A stretch of 64,000 bases of DNA, taken from contig CALKEP010000002.1 of the NCBI GenBank assembly GCA_938084645.1, forward strand, positions 76,375 through 140,374. Reading direction: 5' to 3'. The position numbers were made by a program, and so were the translations under genes. The notes beneath the pieces were generated by a model, which made no database searches, was not told where the DNA came from, and worked only from the letters and a program-made list of their open reading frames with translations. Positions 31,187 to 40,578 of this stretch are shown in pieces; the first letter of the stretch is position 1, and each line of letters starts with the position of its first letter. The stretch comes from an uncultured Phycisphaerales bacterium. Its GTDB lineage: Bacteria; Planctomycetota; Phycisphaerae; Phycisphaerales; SM1A02.

Positions 31187-34003
31187 ATGCTGATCAAGTC
31201 CCTCTCTGTCGCCGCACTGATGCTGGCGGTCCCCGTTCTCGGCGCGGCCTCGATGTCCGATCGAGGAACACCGGTCGACCCGACCCCTCGTACCGCACTC
31301 GCCGTCGCCACGACTCCGATCGACGATTTCGACCAGGGCTGGATGGCGTTCACGGACGAGCACCCCGGTGTCGCACGCACGATGCGGATGGGTCGTCTCG
31401 AGCGGATCTACGGTGCGGCCTTCTCCACCGGCGATCACGCCGCGGACAGCGCCGGCCGCTTCGTTCAGGAGAATGCGGAGCGACTCTTCGGCATCCAACC
31501 CGAGCAGTTCCTTCCGATCGGTCCCTGGCTGAGTCAGGAGCACGTGCTTCCGCTGGTGACCGATCCGGTGACCGGCGACGCGAAGTTCATGCTCGTGGGG
31601 TACGTCCCGCACGTCGACGGAACGCCCGTCTTCGACGCCGCGATTCGAGTCCTCGTCCGCAACGAACCCGGATTCCCCACGGTCCTCGTGTCCGCACAGG
31701 TTCCGGAACTGGGTGACTTCGCCCTTCCCGGCGGTCTCCTTCCCGGCGGTCTCGATGCCGATCGCTTCGCCGCCGAGGCGCGAATGCGTTTCCGTGACTC
31801 CGAGATCTCCGGAATCCGACCCGTGGTGTACGCGGGCAGTGACGGCACCTCGCTTCCGCCGCGTGCCGGCGTCGACTTCACCATCACCGGGAGCGGCGCC
31901 GATGGCGCGTATTCGAAGTGGCGTTTCGTGGCCGATCCCGCCACCGGTGAGATCATCCACGAGCAGAACGAGATCCTCCACGCCGACGTCAACGTGCAGG
32001 TGATGGCCAACCGGACCACGGAGTTCTCGATGGAGTGCGGTCCCGAGATCATGGGCCCGCTCCCCCACGCCCGCGTGACGGTGGGCGGCACGGTCTACGT
32101 CGCGGACGAGAACGGCATCGCCACCATTCCGAACGGCGGTAGCGGATCGGTGACCGCGAACGTCGAAGCGAGAACCCGCTGGTTCAACGTCGACAACGGA
32201 GCCGGCGACACCAGCGTGACCGTCCCCTCCGGTGGCAACGGAATCGCGGTCATCAACGCGGACAACTCGTCCGACACGCAGCGGGCCTACGCCAACACGA
32301 TCTACTTCGCCGAAGAGGTCCGGAACTTCACGCTCCAGTACAACTCGAGCTACCCGGTCATCTCGAACCAGGAGAACTTCACGATCAACACCGGCGTCTC
32401 CGGCACCTGCAACGCCTACTACGACGGTGGCTCGATCAACTTCTACAACGCGGGTGGCGGTTGTGCGAACACCGCGATCGACGTGGTCATCCACCACGAG
32501 TACGGACACCACCTCGTCAACACCGCAGGCTCCGGCCAGCAGAGCTACGGCGAGGGTGCGGGCGACACCTGCGGCGTGCTCATCACCGGCGATCCGCGAC
32601 TCGCGGTCGGCTTCTTCATGAACCAGTGCGACGAGGGGATCCGGAACGCGGACAACAACTGCAGCTACTCCCCCACCGGATGTTCGTCATGCGGCAGTGC
32701 GATCCACACCTGCGGACAGGTGCTCTCCGGCATGGCCTGGGAGATCCGGGAGAAGTTGATCGCGGCGGGCAAGCCCACGTCGATCATCGAGTCGCACTTC
32801 TTCAACTCGATCCCGATGCACAACGGCAGCGCGATCAACGAAGCGATCGTCATCGACTGGCTCACGCTCGACGATGACAACGGCAACATCCTCGACGGCA
32901 CTCCCAACTACGCCGAGATCAGCGGCGGCGCGGGCGTGAAGGGGCTTCCCGGCCCGGAGCTCCAGCTTCTGGTGTTCGAATTCCCGGATGGCCGTCCCAA
33001 CACCATCGACCCGGCGACCGGCGCGACCTTCACCGTCGACGTCCTCCCGCTCGGTGACAATCCCACACCTTCCAACGCCCGGATCTACTTCCGCGAGAGC
33101 GGCAGCGTCTGGCAGAATCAGATCATGCAGAACCAGGGTGGCAACAGCTACCTCGCCTCGCTTCCCGCCGCCGAGTGCGGTACCACCGTCGACTGGTACG
33201 TCTCCGCCAATTCCGGCTCGACCCCGGTGTCGAGTCCGACCAACGCGCCCTCGGACACCTACAGCTCCCTCAGCGTGATCGACATCGTGGTCGGATACCA
33301 GGATGACTTCGAGAAGAGCATCTCGGGCTGGGTCGTCACCAACGATCCGGGTCTGACCAGCGGCGCCTGGGAGCGTGGCAACCCGGATGGAACGTCGACG
33401 CGCGGCGAACCGGACGCGGCCTACGAGGGTGATTTCTGCCTGCTGACCGAAAACGGCAACGGCAACTTCGACATCGACGGCGGGTGCACGACCATCGCGA
33501 CCCCGGTGATCGACGCGACGGATCCGGGCAGCATCATCAAGTACGCTCGCTGGTACGACAACACCGGTGCCGGCACCGGCGCCGATCCGAACAACGACCT
33601 GTTCACCATCGAGATCACCGACGATGGCGTCAACTGGACCGAACTCGAGGTCGTCGGCCCGGTGGCCCAGAGTTCCGGCGGCTGGTATCTGGTGAGTCTC
33701 CGGGTCTCCGACTTCGTGGAGAACACGGACACCGTCCAGGTTCGTTTCCAGGCGTGCGATCTCAACGACGGCTCGGTCGTCGAAGCGGCGATCGATCTGT
33801 TCGTGGTCGAAGCCATCCAGTGCGACTCCGACGGCCTGATCGGCGACTTCAACGGCGACTGCATCGTCGACGGCGAAGACTTCGGCTTCCTGCTCACCCA
33901 GTGGGGCGAGGTCGATTCCCCGGCCAACCTCGACGGCGAAGGCGGCGTCGACGGTTCGGACGTCGGCCTGTTCTTCACCAACTTCGGAAACACCTGCCCC
34001 TGA
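31187..34003 (+). CDS. Secreted gluzincin (M4/M36-like) metallopeptidase with beta-sandwich modules and dockerin-like C-terminal anchor
   Basis: Signal peptide, propeptide-like region, NAYYDG, HEYGH plus downstream GEGAGD; C-terminal GDFNGDCIVDGEDFGFLLTQWG/ANLDGEGGVDGSDVG repeats. Confidence 0.8.
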   Translation: MLIKSLSVAALMLAVPVLGAASMSDRGTPVDPTPRTALAVATTPIDDFDQGWMAFTDEHPGVARTMRMGRLERIYGAAFSTGDHAADSAGRFVQENAERLFGIQPEQFLPIGPWLSQEHVLPLVTDPVTGDAKFMLVGYVPHVDGTPVFDAAIRVLVRNEPGFPTVLVSAQVPELGDFALPGGLLPGGLDADRFAAEARMRFRDSEISGIRPVVYAGSDGTSLPPRAGVDFTITGSGADGAYSKWRFVADPATGEIIHEQNEILHADVNVQVMANRTTEFSMECGPEIMGPLPHARVTVGGTVYVADENGIATIPNGGSGSVTANVEARTRWFNVDNGAGDTSVTVPSGGNGIAVINADNSSDTQRAYANTIYFAEEVRNFTLQYNSSYPVISNQENFTINTGVSGTCNAYYDGGSINFYNAGGGCANTAIDVVIHHEYGHHLVNTAGSGQQSYGEGAGDTCGVLITGDPRLAVGFFMNQCDEGIRNADNNCSYSPTGCSSCGSAIHTCGQVLSGMAWEIREKLIAAGKPTSIIESHFFNSIPMHNGSAINEAIVIDWLTLDDDNGNILDGTPNYAEISGGAGVKGLPGPELQLLVFEFPDGRPNTIDPATGATFTVDVLPLGDNPTPSNARIYFRESGSVWQNQIMQNQGGNSYLASLPAAECGTTVDWYVSANSGSTPVSSPTNAPSDTYSSLSVIDIVVGYQDDFEKSISGWVVTNDPGLTSGAWERGNPDGTSTRGEPDAAYEGDFCLLTENGNGNFDIDGGCTTIATPVIDATDPGSIIKYARWYDNTGAGTGADPNNDLFTIEITDDGVNWTELEVVGPVAQSSGGWYLVSLRVSDFVENTDTVQVRFQACDLNDGSVVEAAIDLFVVEAIQCDSDGLIGDFNGDCIVDGEDFGFLLTQWGEVDSPANLDGEGGVDGSDVGLFFTNFGNTCP

Positions 34004-34018
34004 GCCGGTGACCGAGCG

Positions 34019-34060
34019 AAAAAACGACGGGAGGTCGCCTCGGCGACCTCCCGTCTTTTC
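34019..34060. terminator. Bidirectional intrinsic terminator
   Basis: 13-bp stem GACGGGAGGTCGC/GCGACCTCCCGTC with an A-tract 5' and a T-tract 3', between convergent genes. Confidence 0.85.
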
Positions 34061-34109
34061 GTTTCGCCACCTTCATTCGAAGCCCTCGGTGATGCCGCTT
34101 CGAGCACCA

Positions 34110-34850
34110 TCAGACGCCGCGGGTGGTCGGCTCCCAGATGAACTTGTGGAGTTGCATCTGCATGCGGACGGGAAGCCCCGACGCGAGGATCCACTCGGCG
34201 AGCCGTCGAGGGTGAAGCCCCGAGGCCCCGGCGATCTCCAATCCCCTGACCTGTTCGAACACCGGCGAGAAGAGGACGGCCCGGCATCTTTCGAGGAGCC
34301 CCAGCGTTCGAACCCGCTCGATCGACCAGTCGAAGTCGTTTCGATCGCCGATGACGAACTTCACTTCGTGGTGTGGGCGGAGCGCCGCGATGTTCGAGTC
34401 GAGATTTCGGTCGCATTCGCCGCTCGAGGGTGGCTTGAGATCCATGATGACCTCGGACCGAGGATCGCAGGCCGTGATGTCGCAGGCGCCCGACGTCTCG
34501 AACATCACCGTTCGCCCCGCATCCAGCAAGGCTCGTTCGAGCACGTGGACCTTCTTCTGCAGAAGGGGTTCCCCCCCCGTGATCTCGACGAGATCACAGT
34601 CGATCGCGAGGACCTCGTCGAGGATGTCCCCCACCGATCGACGGTGCCCCTCTCGAAAGGCGTACTCGGTATCGCACCAGCTGCATCGAAGATGGCAGCC
34701 GGCCAGCCGAACGAAGATGCAGGGTTCTCCCGCGCGAGTCGACTCCCCCTGGATCGAGTGGAAGATCTCGTTCAGACGCAGGGCGTCACCATCCTCCGAG
34801 CCGTCCGACGCGGTGGTCTGAGAACCTGTTTCGACGTTGGAATCGGCCAT
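34110..34850 (-). CDS. queE: 7-carboxy-7-deazaguanine synthase-like radical SAM protein
   Basis: EIFHSIQGE, FVRLAGCHLRCSWCDT, ITGGEPLLQ and QLHKFIW. Confidence 0.88.
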   Translation of the reverse strand: MADSNVETGSQTTASDGSEDGDALRLNEIFHSIQGESTRAGEPCIFVRLAGCHLRCSWCDTEYAFREGHRRSVGDILDEVLAIDCDLVEITGGEPLLQKKVHVLERALLDAGRTVMFETSGACDITACDPRSEVIMDLKPPSSGECDRNLDSNIAALRPHHEVKFVIGDRNDFDWSIERVRTLGLLERCRAVLFSPVFEQVRGLEIAGASGLHPRRLAEWILASGLPVRMQMQLHKFIWEPTTRGV

Positions 34851-34879
34851 TCGCCCATGGTAGGGATCACCAGCCAGCC

Positions 34880-34907
34880 TCGACACCCGCCGGGGAGTCG
34901 GTATACT
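34880..34907 (+). promoter_or_regulatory. Sigma70-type promoter of tRNA-Leu
   Basis: TCGACA-N16-TATACT about 30 nt upstream of the tRNA. Confidence 0.55.
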
Positions 34908-34935
34908 CCCCGATCCTCTTCATCGAGGATCCGCA

Positions 34936-35021
34936 GCCCAGATGGCGGAATTGGCAGACGCGCCAGCTTGAGGTGCTGGTGGGAGTAAAATCCCGTGGAG
35001 GTTCGAGTCCTCTTCTGGGCA
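34936..35021 (+). tRNA. tRNA-Leu (anticodon GAG); CCA not encoded
   Basis: GCCCAGA/TCTGGGC acceptor, CCAGC-TTGAGGT-GCTGG anticodon arm, long variable arm, GGTTCGAGTCC T-arm. Confidence 0.97.
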
Positions 35022-35027
35022 TTCAAG

Positions 35028-35059
35028 ACGACCCCTGGTTTCGACCGGGGGTCGTTTTT
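35028..35059 (+). terminator. Intrinsic terminator after tRNA-Leu
   Basis: 12-bp stem (one G-U) with TTCG loop, followed by a T-tract. Confidence 0.85.
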
Positions 35060-35111
35060 CGTCTCGCCGCCGCCTGCGTGCACCTCCGGGCGATCACGAT
35101 CCGCCCATCGC

Positions 35112-35906
35112 TCAGGAATACACCCAGCCCTCGACCGCCGCTTCGGACGGGATGACCGTCACCAGTGGGTCGAGGGTGAGCAGCACCGCATCCAGGTCAT
35201 CACCCCCCTGCCCGGCCACCGCATCACGGGCGGCGTCCGCGTCGATGCGGAGCCCCCAGTGGGATCGCGCGGTGGCCAGGATCTCGGCCCGTCGCCGACG
35301 GTTGTCGTCGGTCCGACCCTTGTAGCCACGGGCCGGATCACCCGCACGCTTGAGCAGCGAGGCCGGGCACCCTTCCGCGACCACGACATTGGAACCGCGA
35401 GGCCCCGCGAGCGGTTCGACCCGAACCCCCGCGGCGGCGAGCGGCACCAACAGCTCCACCATGGCGGTCCAGGTCTGCTTGAAGATCCGCAGGTTCATGG
35501 ATGCCAGCGGCGTCCATGAATTCCGGTCGGTGGTCCGACGTGGTTCCTTCCGGGTCATCGACCGAACGCCGCGCCGCCAGTCCCGCGGGGAATCGAACCC
35601 CGCCATCCACCGGACCGTCGCCTCCCAGCTCGGTTCGACCCCGCAAGCCTCCAGCGTCGCGAGCGGCACCCCGAACGGCGCATCGATCAGCCAGCGGTGC
35701 TCATCCGGGGTCTCGAGCCCCGAGATGATTCGACGACGCAGCCCCGCCCGGTCCAATCGCTCGATCCGCTCGACGACGCCCTGCGGGCCGGCCTCCCGGG
35801 TCGCGACGCGAATACCCGCGGCACCGCCCGCATCGCTCCCGGAGAAGTCGACGCCATGGATGAACCTGCGTCTCGAATCCTCCTGATCTGTTCCTGTTCC
35901 CACCAT
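35112..35906 (-). CDS. DUF429-like predicted RNase H-fold nuclease
   Basis: HGVDFSG, LIDAPFG, RTTD, VAEGCPA and DDLDAV acidic motif series; GGAGG SD. Confidence 0.7.
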   Translation of the reverse strand: MVGTGTDQEDSRRRFIHGVDFSGSDAGGAAGIRVATREAGPQGVVERIERLDRAGLRRRIISGLETPDEHRWLIDAPFGVPLATLEACGVEPSWEATVRWMAGFDSPRDWRRGVRSMTRKEPRRTTDRNSWTPLASMNLRIFKQTWTAMVELLVPLAAAGVRVEPLAGPRGSNVVVAEGCPASLLKRAGDPARGYKGRTDDNRRRRAEILATARSHWGLRIDADAARDAVAGQGGDDLDAVLLTLDPLVTVIPSEAAVEGWVYS

Positions 35907-35990
35907 CCGAAACACCTCCAGGCCGCCACGCTTCCCACGAGACGATGCTCGCGCGGGGTCACGGACAACCGATCGAACCGGACCTCGGCG

Positions 35991-36221
35991 TCAACCGGGG
36001 TGCCGACAGCCACCCTCCGCGACGCCGCAGGGACAGAAGCCCTCGCCGGTCGGTTGCGGTGATCCGGCCGAGCTCGACATCACGCCGAAGACGCTGTGCC
36101 GCCTTCGAAAGGTCCGGTCACGACCCTCGGGATCGACCACGGGGGCGTCCGCTTCGGCCATCGATCGGAGAAGGGAGATCACTTCACCGTCCTCGGTCGA
36201 CTCGTATTCGTAAATGGGCAT
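35991..36221 (-). CDS. FmdB-family small regulatory protein (Cys-less ribbon variant)
   Basis: Starts MPIYEY (FmdB hallmark); C-terminal CPCG...GC. Confidence 0.75.
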   Translation of the reverse strand: MPIYEYESTEDGEVISLLRSMAEADAPVVDPEGRDRTFRRRHSVFGVMSSSAGSPQPTGEGFCPCGVAEGGCRHPG

Positions 36222-36476
36222 CGATCCAGGCTCCTGGGTCCGCGGGGGGATCAGGATAGGCCCCTGCCGGAGCTTCGGTTCGAAGACCGGGCTCGAGGCG
36301 GGCCACCGACCCCGAGCATCGCTGGATATCGCCAATCCGGCCCCCGCAATCCGGAAAATTCCCCTTGAGCGCGATCGTGAAAATCATCACACGGCAGGTC
36401 GACCTGGATTTCCCCGACCCCGTCGGCGGCTCGAAGTCCCCCTCCCAGCACGAACATCTCGATCAAGGAGAAAGAA

Positions 36477-36622
36477 ATGAACACCGATCGCCTCGCACGA
36501 TACGTGTCTTCAGCGTCCGTTCCGCTTGCCACCACCCCGTCGCGATTCCTGCGCCGGGCGCCCTCGGACTCCTCGCGCTCGCAGGCGGCGCGGCCGGCAT
36601 CCGCCGCAAGCGGCAGGCCTGA
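36477..36622 (+). pseudogene. PEP-CTERM-type surface protein remnant: leader joined out of frame to the sorting tail
   Basis: AAGGAG SD then ATG MNTDRLARYVSSASVPLAT; in the -1 frame VAIPAPGALGLLALAGGAAGIRRKRQA* follows immediately. Confidence 0.6.
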
Positions 36623-36730
36623 CCAACGCAAGACTTCGGACGGAAGACGACCGTCGGCATCACACGATGTCGGCGGTCATCCTCTTGTGGACGAACCCGT
36701 TCCACCCTGAAGGCGATCACGGCGAATCCG

Positions 36731-37966
36731 TCACCGTCCACCGCGGCCGCGTGCGGAGGCGGACCCTCGTCCGCCGGAACCTGACTTCCGGCCCGTGCCT
36801 CGCGCGGAACCCGTCTTCGACGAGGTCTTCCGGGCGGCTCCCTTGCCGGCCGATGGTTTCCGCGAGGAGGTCGCCCGCGTGCCGCCGGTACGGGAACCGC
36901 TGGATCGGGAACCCCCGGATCGGGAACCCCCCGAGCGAGAAGTCCCCGAGCGAGTGGTGCCGGAACGAGCATCGCCGGAACGAGTGGTCCTGCGGCGATC
37001 CGCACCCAGGGTCGTCGACTTCCGGCCGGAGGTCTTCCTGGCGGCGGACTTGTCGCCGGTCCCGCTCGTCTTCGAAGAGATGGTCTTCTCGGTGGTCGAC
37101 TTCTTGCCGGTCGTCTTCTTGGTGGCCGCCTTCTTCGCCTTGCGCTTCGACGCCCGGGCGACGGCCTTCTCCCGCCGTTCGACGCGTTGGGATGCACGAC
37201 GCAGCAAGCCCAGTTCGGCGGGGGTCAGTTCACGCCAGTCGCCGACCGCGAGTCCCTTCAACTTCAGCGGACCGAGGCGGACTCGGCGAAGCTTCTTCAC
37301 GGGATGCCCGATCCGATCCATCAATCTCCGGATCTGCCGGTTGCGCCCTTCGCGGAGTTCGACGTAGAGCCGGGTGCGATCCCGGTCGCGTCGAAGCACC
37401 GTCACCCCGGACTCCGCGGTCCTGGTCGCCTCGCCCTCCCGCCGTCGATCACTCAGGTAGAGGCCCCGGCGGAGCTTCTCCACCGCCTCCTCCTCGAGCC
37501 GACCTCGAACCGTGACGTCGTATCCCTTGTGAACCTCGAAACTCGGGTGGGTCAGACGATTCGCGAGGTCACCGTCGTCGGTGAGCAGCAGCAAACCCGA
37601 GCTGTCGATGTCGAGCCGACCGACGGAGAAGAGCCGGACACCGGAGGGATGGTCGACGAGATCGAGGGCTCGCTTGCGGCCTTCCGGGTCGTTGGAGGTG
37701 CAGACGAATCCCCTCGGCTTGAAGAGCATGATGTAGTGATGCCGTCGAGGCTTCTCGATTCGACGTCCGTTGCAGAAGATCCGGTCGGACTCCGGATCCA
37801 CGAAGCATGGGAGCTTCTGGATCACGCGTCCGTTCACCGTCACCGCCCCTTCTTCGACGAGCGATTCACACGCTCGACGCGAGGCGACACCGGCATCGGC
37901 GAGCACTCGCTGGATGCGGACGCGGGAGGAGGATTCGTCATTCTTTCCGGCGCGGGGGGTCGGCAT
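36731..37966 (-). CDS. RsuA/RluB-family pseudouridine synthase with S4 domain and basic low-complexity tail
   Basis: RIQRVLADAGVASRR, KPRG, VGRLDIDSSGLLLLT, HPS and EGRNRQIRR. Confidence 0.93.
   Translation of the reverse strand: MPTPRAGKNDESSSRVRIQRVLADAGVASRRACESLVEEGAVTVNGRVIQKLPCFVDPESDRIFCNGRRIEKPRRHHYIMLFKPRGFVCTSNDPEGRKRALDLVDHPSGVRLFSVGRLDIDSSGLLLLTDDGDLANRLTHPSFEVHKGYDVTVRGRLEEEAVEKLRRGLYLSDRRREGEATRTAESGVTVLRRDRDRTRLYVELREGRNRQIRRLMDRIGHPVKKLRRVRLGPLKLKGLAVGDWRELTPAELGLLRRASQRVERREKAVARASKRKAKKAATKKTTGKKSTTEKTISSKTSGTGDKSAARKTSGRKSTTLGADRRRTTRSGDARSGTTRSGTSRSGGSRSGGSRSSGSRTGGTRATSSRKPSAGKGAARKTSSKTGSARGTGRKSGSGGRGSASARGRGGR
36891..36990 (-). repeat. Degenerate 15-nt coding tandem repeat (GxxRS) in the pseudouridine synthase tail
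   Basis: TTRSGDARSGTTRSGTSRSGGSRSGGSRSSGSR. Confidence 0.8.
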
Positions 37967-38042
37967 TCCGATCATTCTATCGGGAGAGCGGCCACCGCCC
38001 GGCCGTCCCCCGGATCGGACCCCCAGTCGGGACAGGAACCCC

Positions 38043-39380
38043 ATGATCAAGACCCTCCTCCAGACCTTCGAATGGCTTCGGCTGGCCGTGACCCAGCCCA
38101 TGGGCCAGTTGACCGCGATGCAACGGCAGATCCGACGCTGGCTGGAGGTCCTCCGCTACTGCGGGCGACACCTCGGCGAGGATCGAGCCCCGGTCCTCGC
38201 CGCCGCGCTGTCGTTCCGGACCCTTTTCGGGCTCGTCCCGGTCCTGGTGGTCGCGACGGTGATCGCCCGGAGCTTCCTCAAGGACGAATTCCCGAACTTC
38301 GTTCGAAACATCATCACCGAGCTCGGGCTGGCCGACGTCTCGCTCGGGGGGGTCGACGGGGCGAGCGGTCGGGATCTGGGTTCGTGGCTCGAAGGTCTCA
38401 TCGCGAACGCGTCGAGCGTCGACCTCTCGACGCTTGGGTGGGTCGGATTCGTGGTCGTCGCCTTCTCCGCGATCTGGGTCCTGGTCACGATCGAGGAAGG
38501 CTTCAACCGGATCTACCGAGCCCCGAGCGGTCGGACCTGGCTCAAGCGACTGATGATCTACTGGTTCCTGCTCACCTTTCCAGCGGTCCTGATCGGTGGC
38601 GCCCCGCTCGTGATCGCTCAGATCGATGCGATCCGCGGGTTCCTGCCCGACTGGGCATGGCTGGCGACGACCGCCGAATTCCTCGCGGGCGCCCTCGTCC
38701 TCTGGGTGCTTCTTCTGATGACCTACCTGTGGGTGCCGAACACGGTGGTCAAGGTTCGACCCGCGATGGTCGGCGCATTCACCGCGGCGATCCTGATCGA
38801 GGCCGCGAAGCATCTTCTCGGCATCTACACGTCGCAGGCCCTGACGCTGAACAAGCTCTACGGCTCGCTCGGCCTGATCCCGCTCTTCATGTTCTGGATG
38901 TACCTGATGTGGATCTTCGTTCTCCTCGGACTCGAGGTCTCCGCGATCATCCAGGTCCTGCGGGGTCGCGACATCGAGATCCTCGCCCGTCAGGACGAGG
39001 AGGATGGCCTGGTCGATCCCGCGATCGCGATCCGAGTGGTCCAACTCGTCGCGGCCGGTTTCGAGGACGGGGTGGCCTCCGAGCCCGACACCCTCTCTCG
39101 AGAGCTCAAACTCGACCTCCGGCTGATTCGAGCGATTCTGGACCGGCTTGAACGAGCCGGAATCCTCCTCCGGCTCGAGTCCATGGACGGTTACAGCCTC
39201 GCGAAGCCCGCCGATCGAATCGACCTGGAGGCGATTCTCTCGATCGGATTCGACTTCGCCGACGAGAAATCCATCGAGTTCGGCCCCCTCTTCGACCGTC
39301 TCCGGGCGGCTCAGCGAGCCGCGGTGGAGGGTATGAGCCTGAAGTCCCTGGACGTCGAGCCACCGCCGGCCCGGGGATAA
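38043..39380 (+). CDS. YihY/BrkB family membrane protein with C-terminal Rrf2-like wHTH
   Basis: AAALSFRTLFGLVP, IEEGFNRIY, PNTVVK, LYGSLGLIPLFMFWMY..W...LLG and GYSLAKPA. Confidence 0.9.
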   Translation: MIKTLLQTFEWLRLAVTQPMGQLTAMQRQIRRWLEVLRYCGRHLGEDRAPVLAAALSFRTLFGLVPVLVVATVIARSFLKDEFPNFVRNIITELGLADVSLGGVDGASGRDLGSWLEGLIANASSVDLSTLGWVGFVVVAFSAIWVLVTIEEGFNRIYRAPSGRTWLKRLMIYWFLLTFPAVLIGGAPLVIAQIDAIRGFLPDWAWLATTAEFLAGALVLWVLLLMTYLWVPNTVVKVRPAMVGAFTAAILIEAAKHLLGIYTSQALTLNKLYGSLGLIPLFMFWMYLMWIFVLLGLEVSAIIQVLRGRDIEILARQDEEDGLVDPAIAIRVVQLVAAGFEDGVASEPDTLSRELKLDLRLIRAILDRLERAGILLRLESMDGYSLAKPADRIDLEAILSIGFDFADEKSIEFGPLFDRLRAAQRAAVEGMSLKSLDVEPPPARG

Positions 39381-39532
39381 CTGGACACCTCGGTCATCCC
39401 CGGCCGACATGAAAGAAGCGGGTCGTGGATCGCCTTGTCCTCGATCGACCCGAAAGGAGATCGTGGCCTACGCCTCGATTCCGTCCCGGAGGATCCGGGA
39501 TCTCCACAGGGGTCGGTTGGTTGGAGACCAGC

Positions 39533-40498
39533 ATGCCGATGGACGAATCTCCCGTCAGTCACGAAGATGTGAAGGCCTCCGCCGCCGTCGAACGGGACGT
39601 CGGCGGCATGAGCGACATCTGGTCGTCGATCGGTCCGGGCCGACCCACGAACGAGATCGAAGGACCGCCCACCATTCGTCCCATCGACGATCCCGGCAGA
39701 GCCGACCCGAAGAACAGGACCCCCATGACCTCGCCGACGCCGAACATCGACTTGACCGGAACCCCCACCAACCGTCCCGCGGACACGCCGGCCGGGACGA
39801 GTGACGCCATTCGCGATGAACTCCGGATCGGCGTTCGAATGCTGGAGGCGCTCGAGCTCCAGTTGAAGCGGGCCGAGGAGTTGATCACCGCGCAAAGCGA
39901 AGTGACCCGCCGGGCCGAACTCGCCAACGAACGGCTCGAGGCGACCCTCAGGCAGGCGGCCGCGCCCGCGACCACCGCAACGACGACCGACCCTTCGACC
40001 GACGAGAACACCGCGGCGACGACGACCGTCGAGCTTCGACAGATCCTCGACCGTGCGAGCGACCTTCGACGCGACTTCCACGGAGATCTCTCCGCCGTCG
40101 CGAAGGCGACCTCCGCCCTGATGGAGGCGGTCGAAATCGCCGCCGGCACCGAACGAACCCTGCGAAGCGCCATCGGCGAAGCCGAACGAACCACCCCCGC
40201 CACCGGGACCCCGGGGATCGGCGCTGCCGCCGAGTCGATCGGCGAAGTGCTGCGACGACTGGCCCGGGAATTCGACGCCGCGGCGGATTCCGCGGTCCCC
40301 GTGCCCACGTCACCCGCGCCCGCCCCCATCCCCGAGCCCTTCGACGCGACACCGGCTCCCTCGATCGGGAGCATCGATCCACACGAGCGACGACGGGTCG
40401 GCACCCTTGAGATCACCCGACCGTTGGAGTTCGATCTGACCGGGTCCGGGGAACGAGCCACGCCAGAGCCCGGATCGACGGCGCCCTCAACGACGTGA
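39533..40498 (+). CDS. Hypothetical coiled-coil/low-complexity protein
   Basis: Long ORF filling the gap, GGAG SD, heptad-rich segment; no recognised domain. Confidence 0.55.
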   Translation: MPMDESPVSHEDVKASAAVERDVGGMSDIWSSIGPGRPTNEIEGPPTIRPIDDPGRADPKNRTPMTSPTPNIDLTGTPTNRPADTPAGTSDAIRDELRIGVRMLEALELQLKRAEELITAQSEVTRRAELANERLEATLRQAAAPATTATTTDPSTDENTAATTTVELRQILDRASDLRRDFHGDLSAVAKATSALMEAVEIAAGTERTLRSAIGEAERTTPATGTPGIGAAAESIGEVLRRLAREFDAAADSAVPVPTSPAPAPIPEPFDATPAPSIGSIDPHERRRVGTLEITRPLEFDLTGSGERATPEPGSTAPSTT

Positions 40499-40578
40499 CG
40501 ATGTCGAATGGCCGTGGGTTCACCACCGGTCGACGCGGGATCCGACGTGGACGCCACGCGGTCTCCAGGTGAACGGGC

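Noticed and set aside
36333..36354. CAATCCGG direct repeat upstream of the PEP-CTERM remnant
   Set aside because: Only two 8-mers and no second example; neither has the CGAA box at ECF spacing.
35022..36730. Integrative element at tRNA-Leu
   Set aside because: No integrase and no duplicated tRNA 3' end seen in the window.
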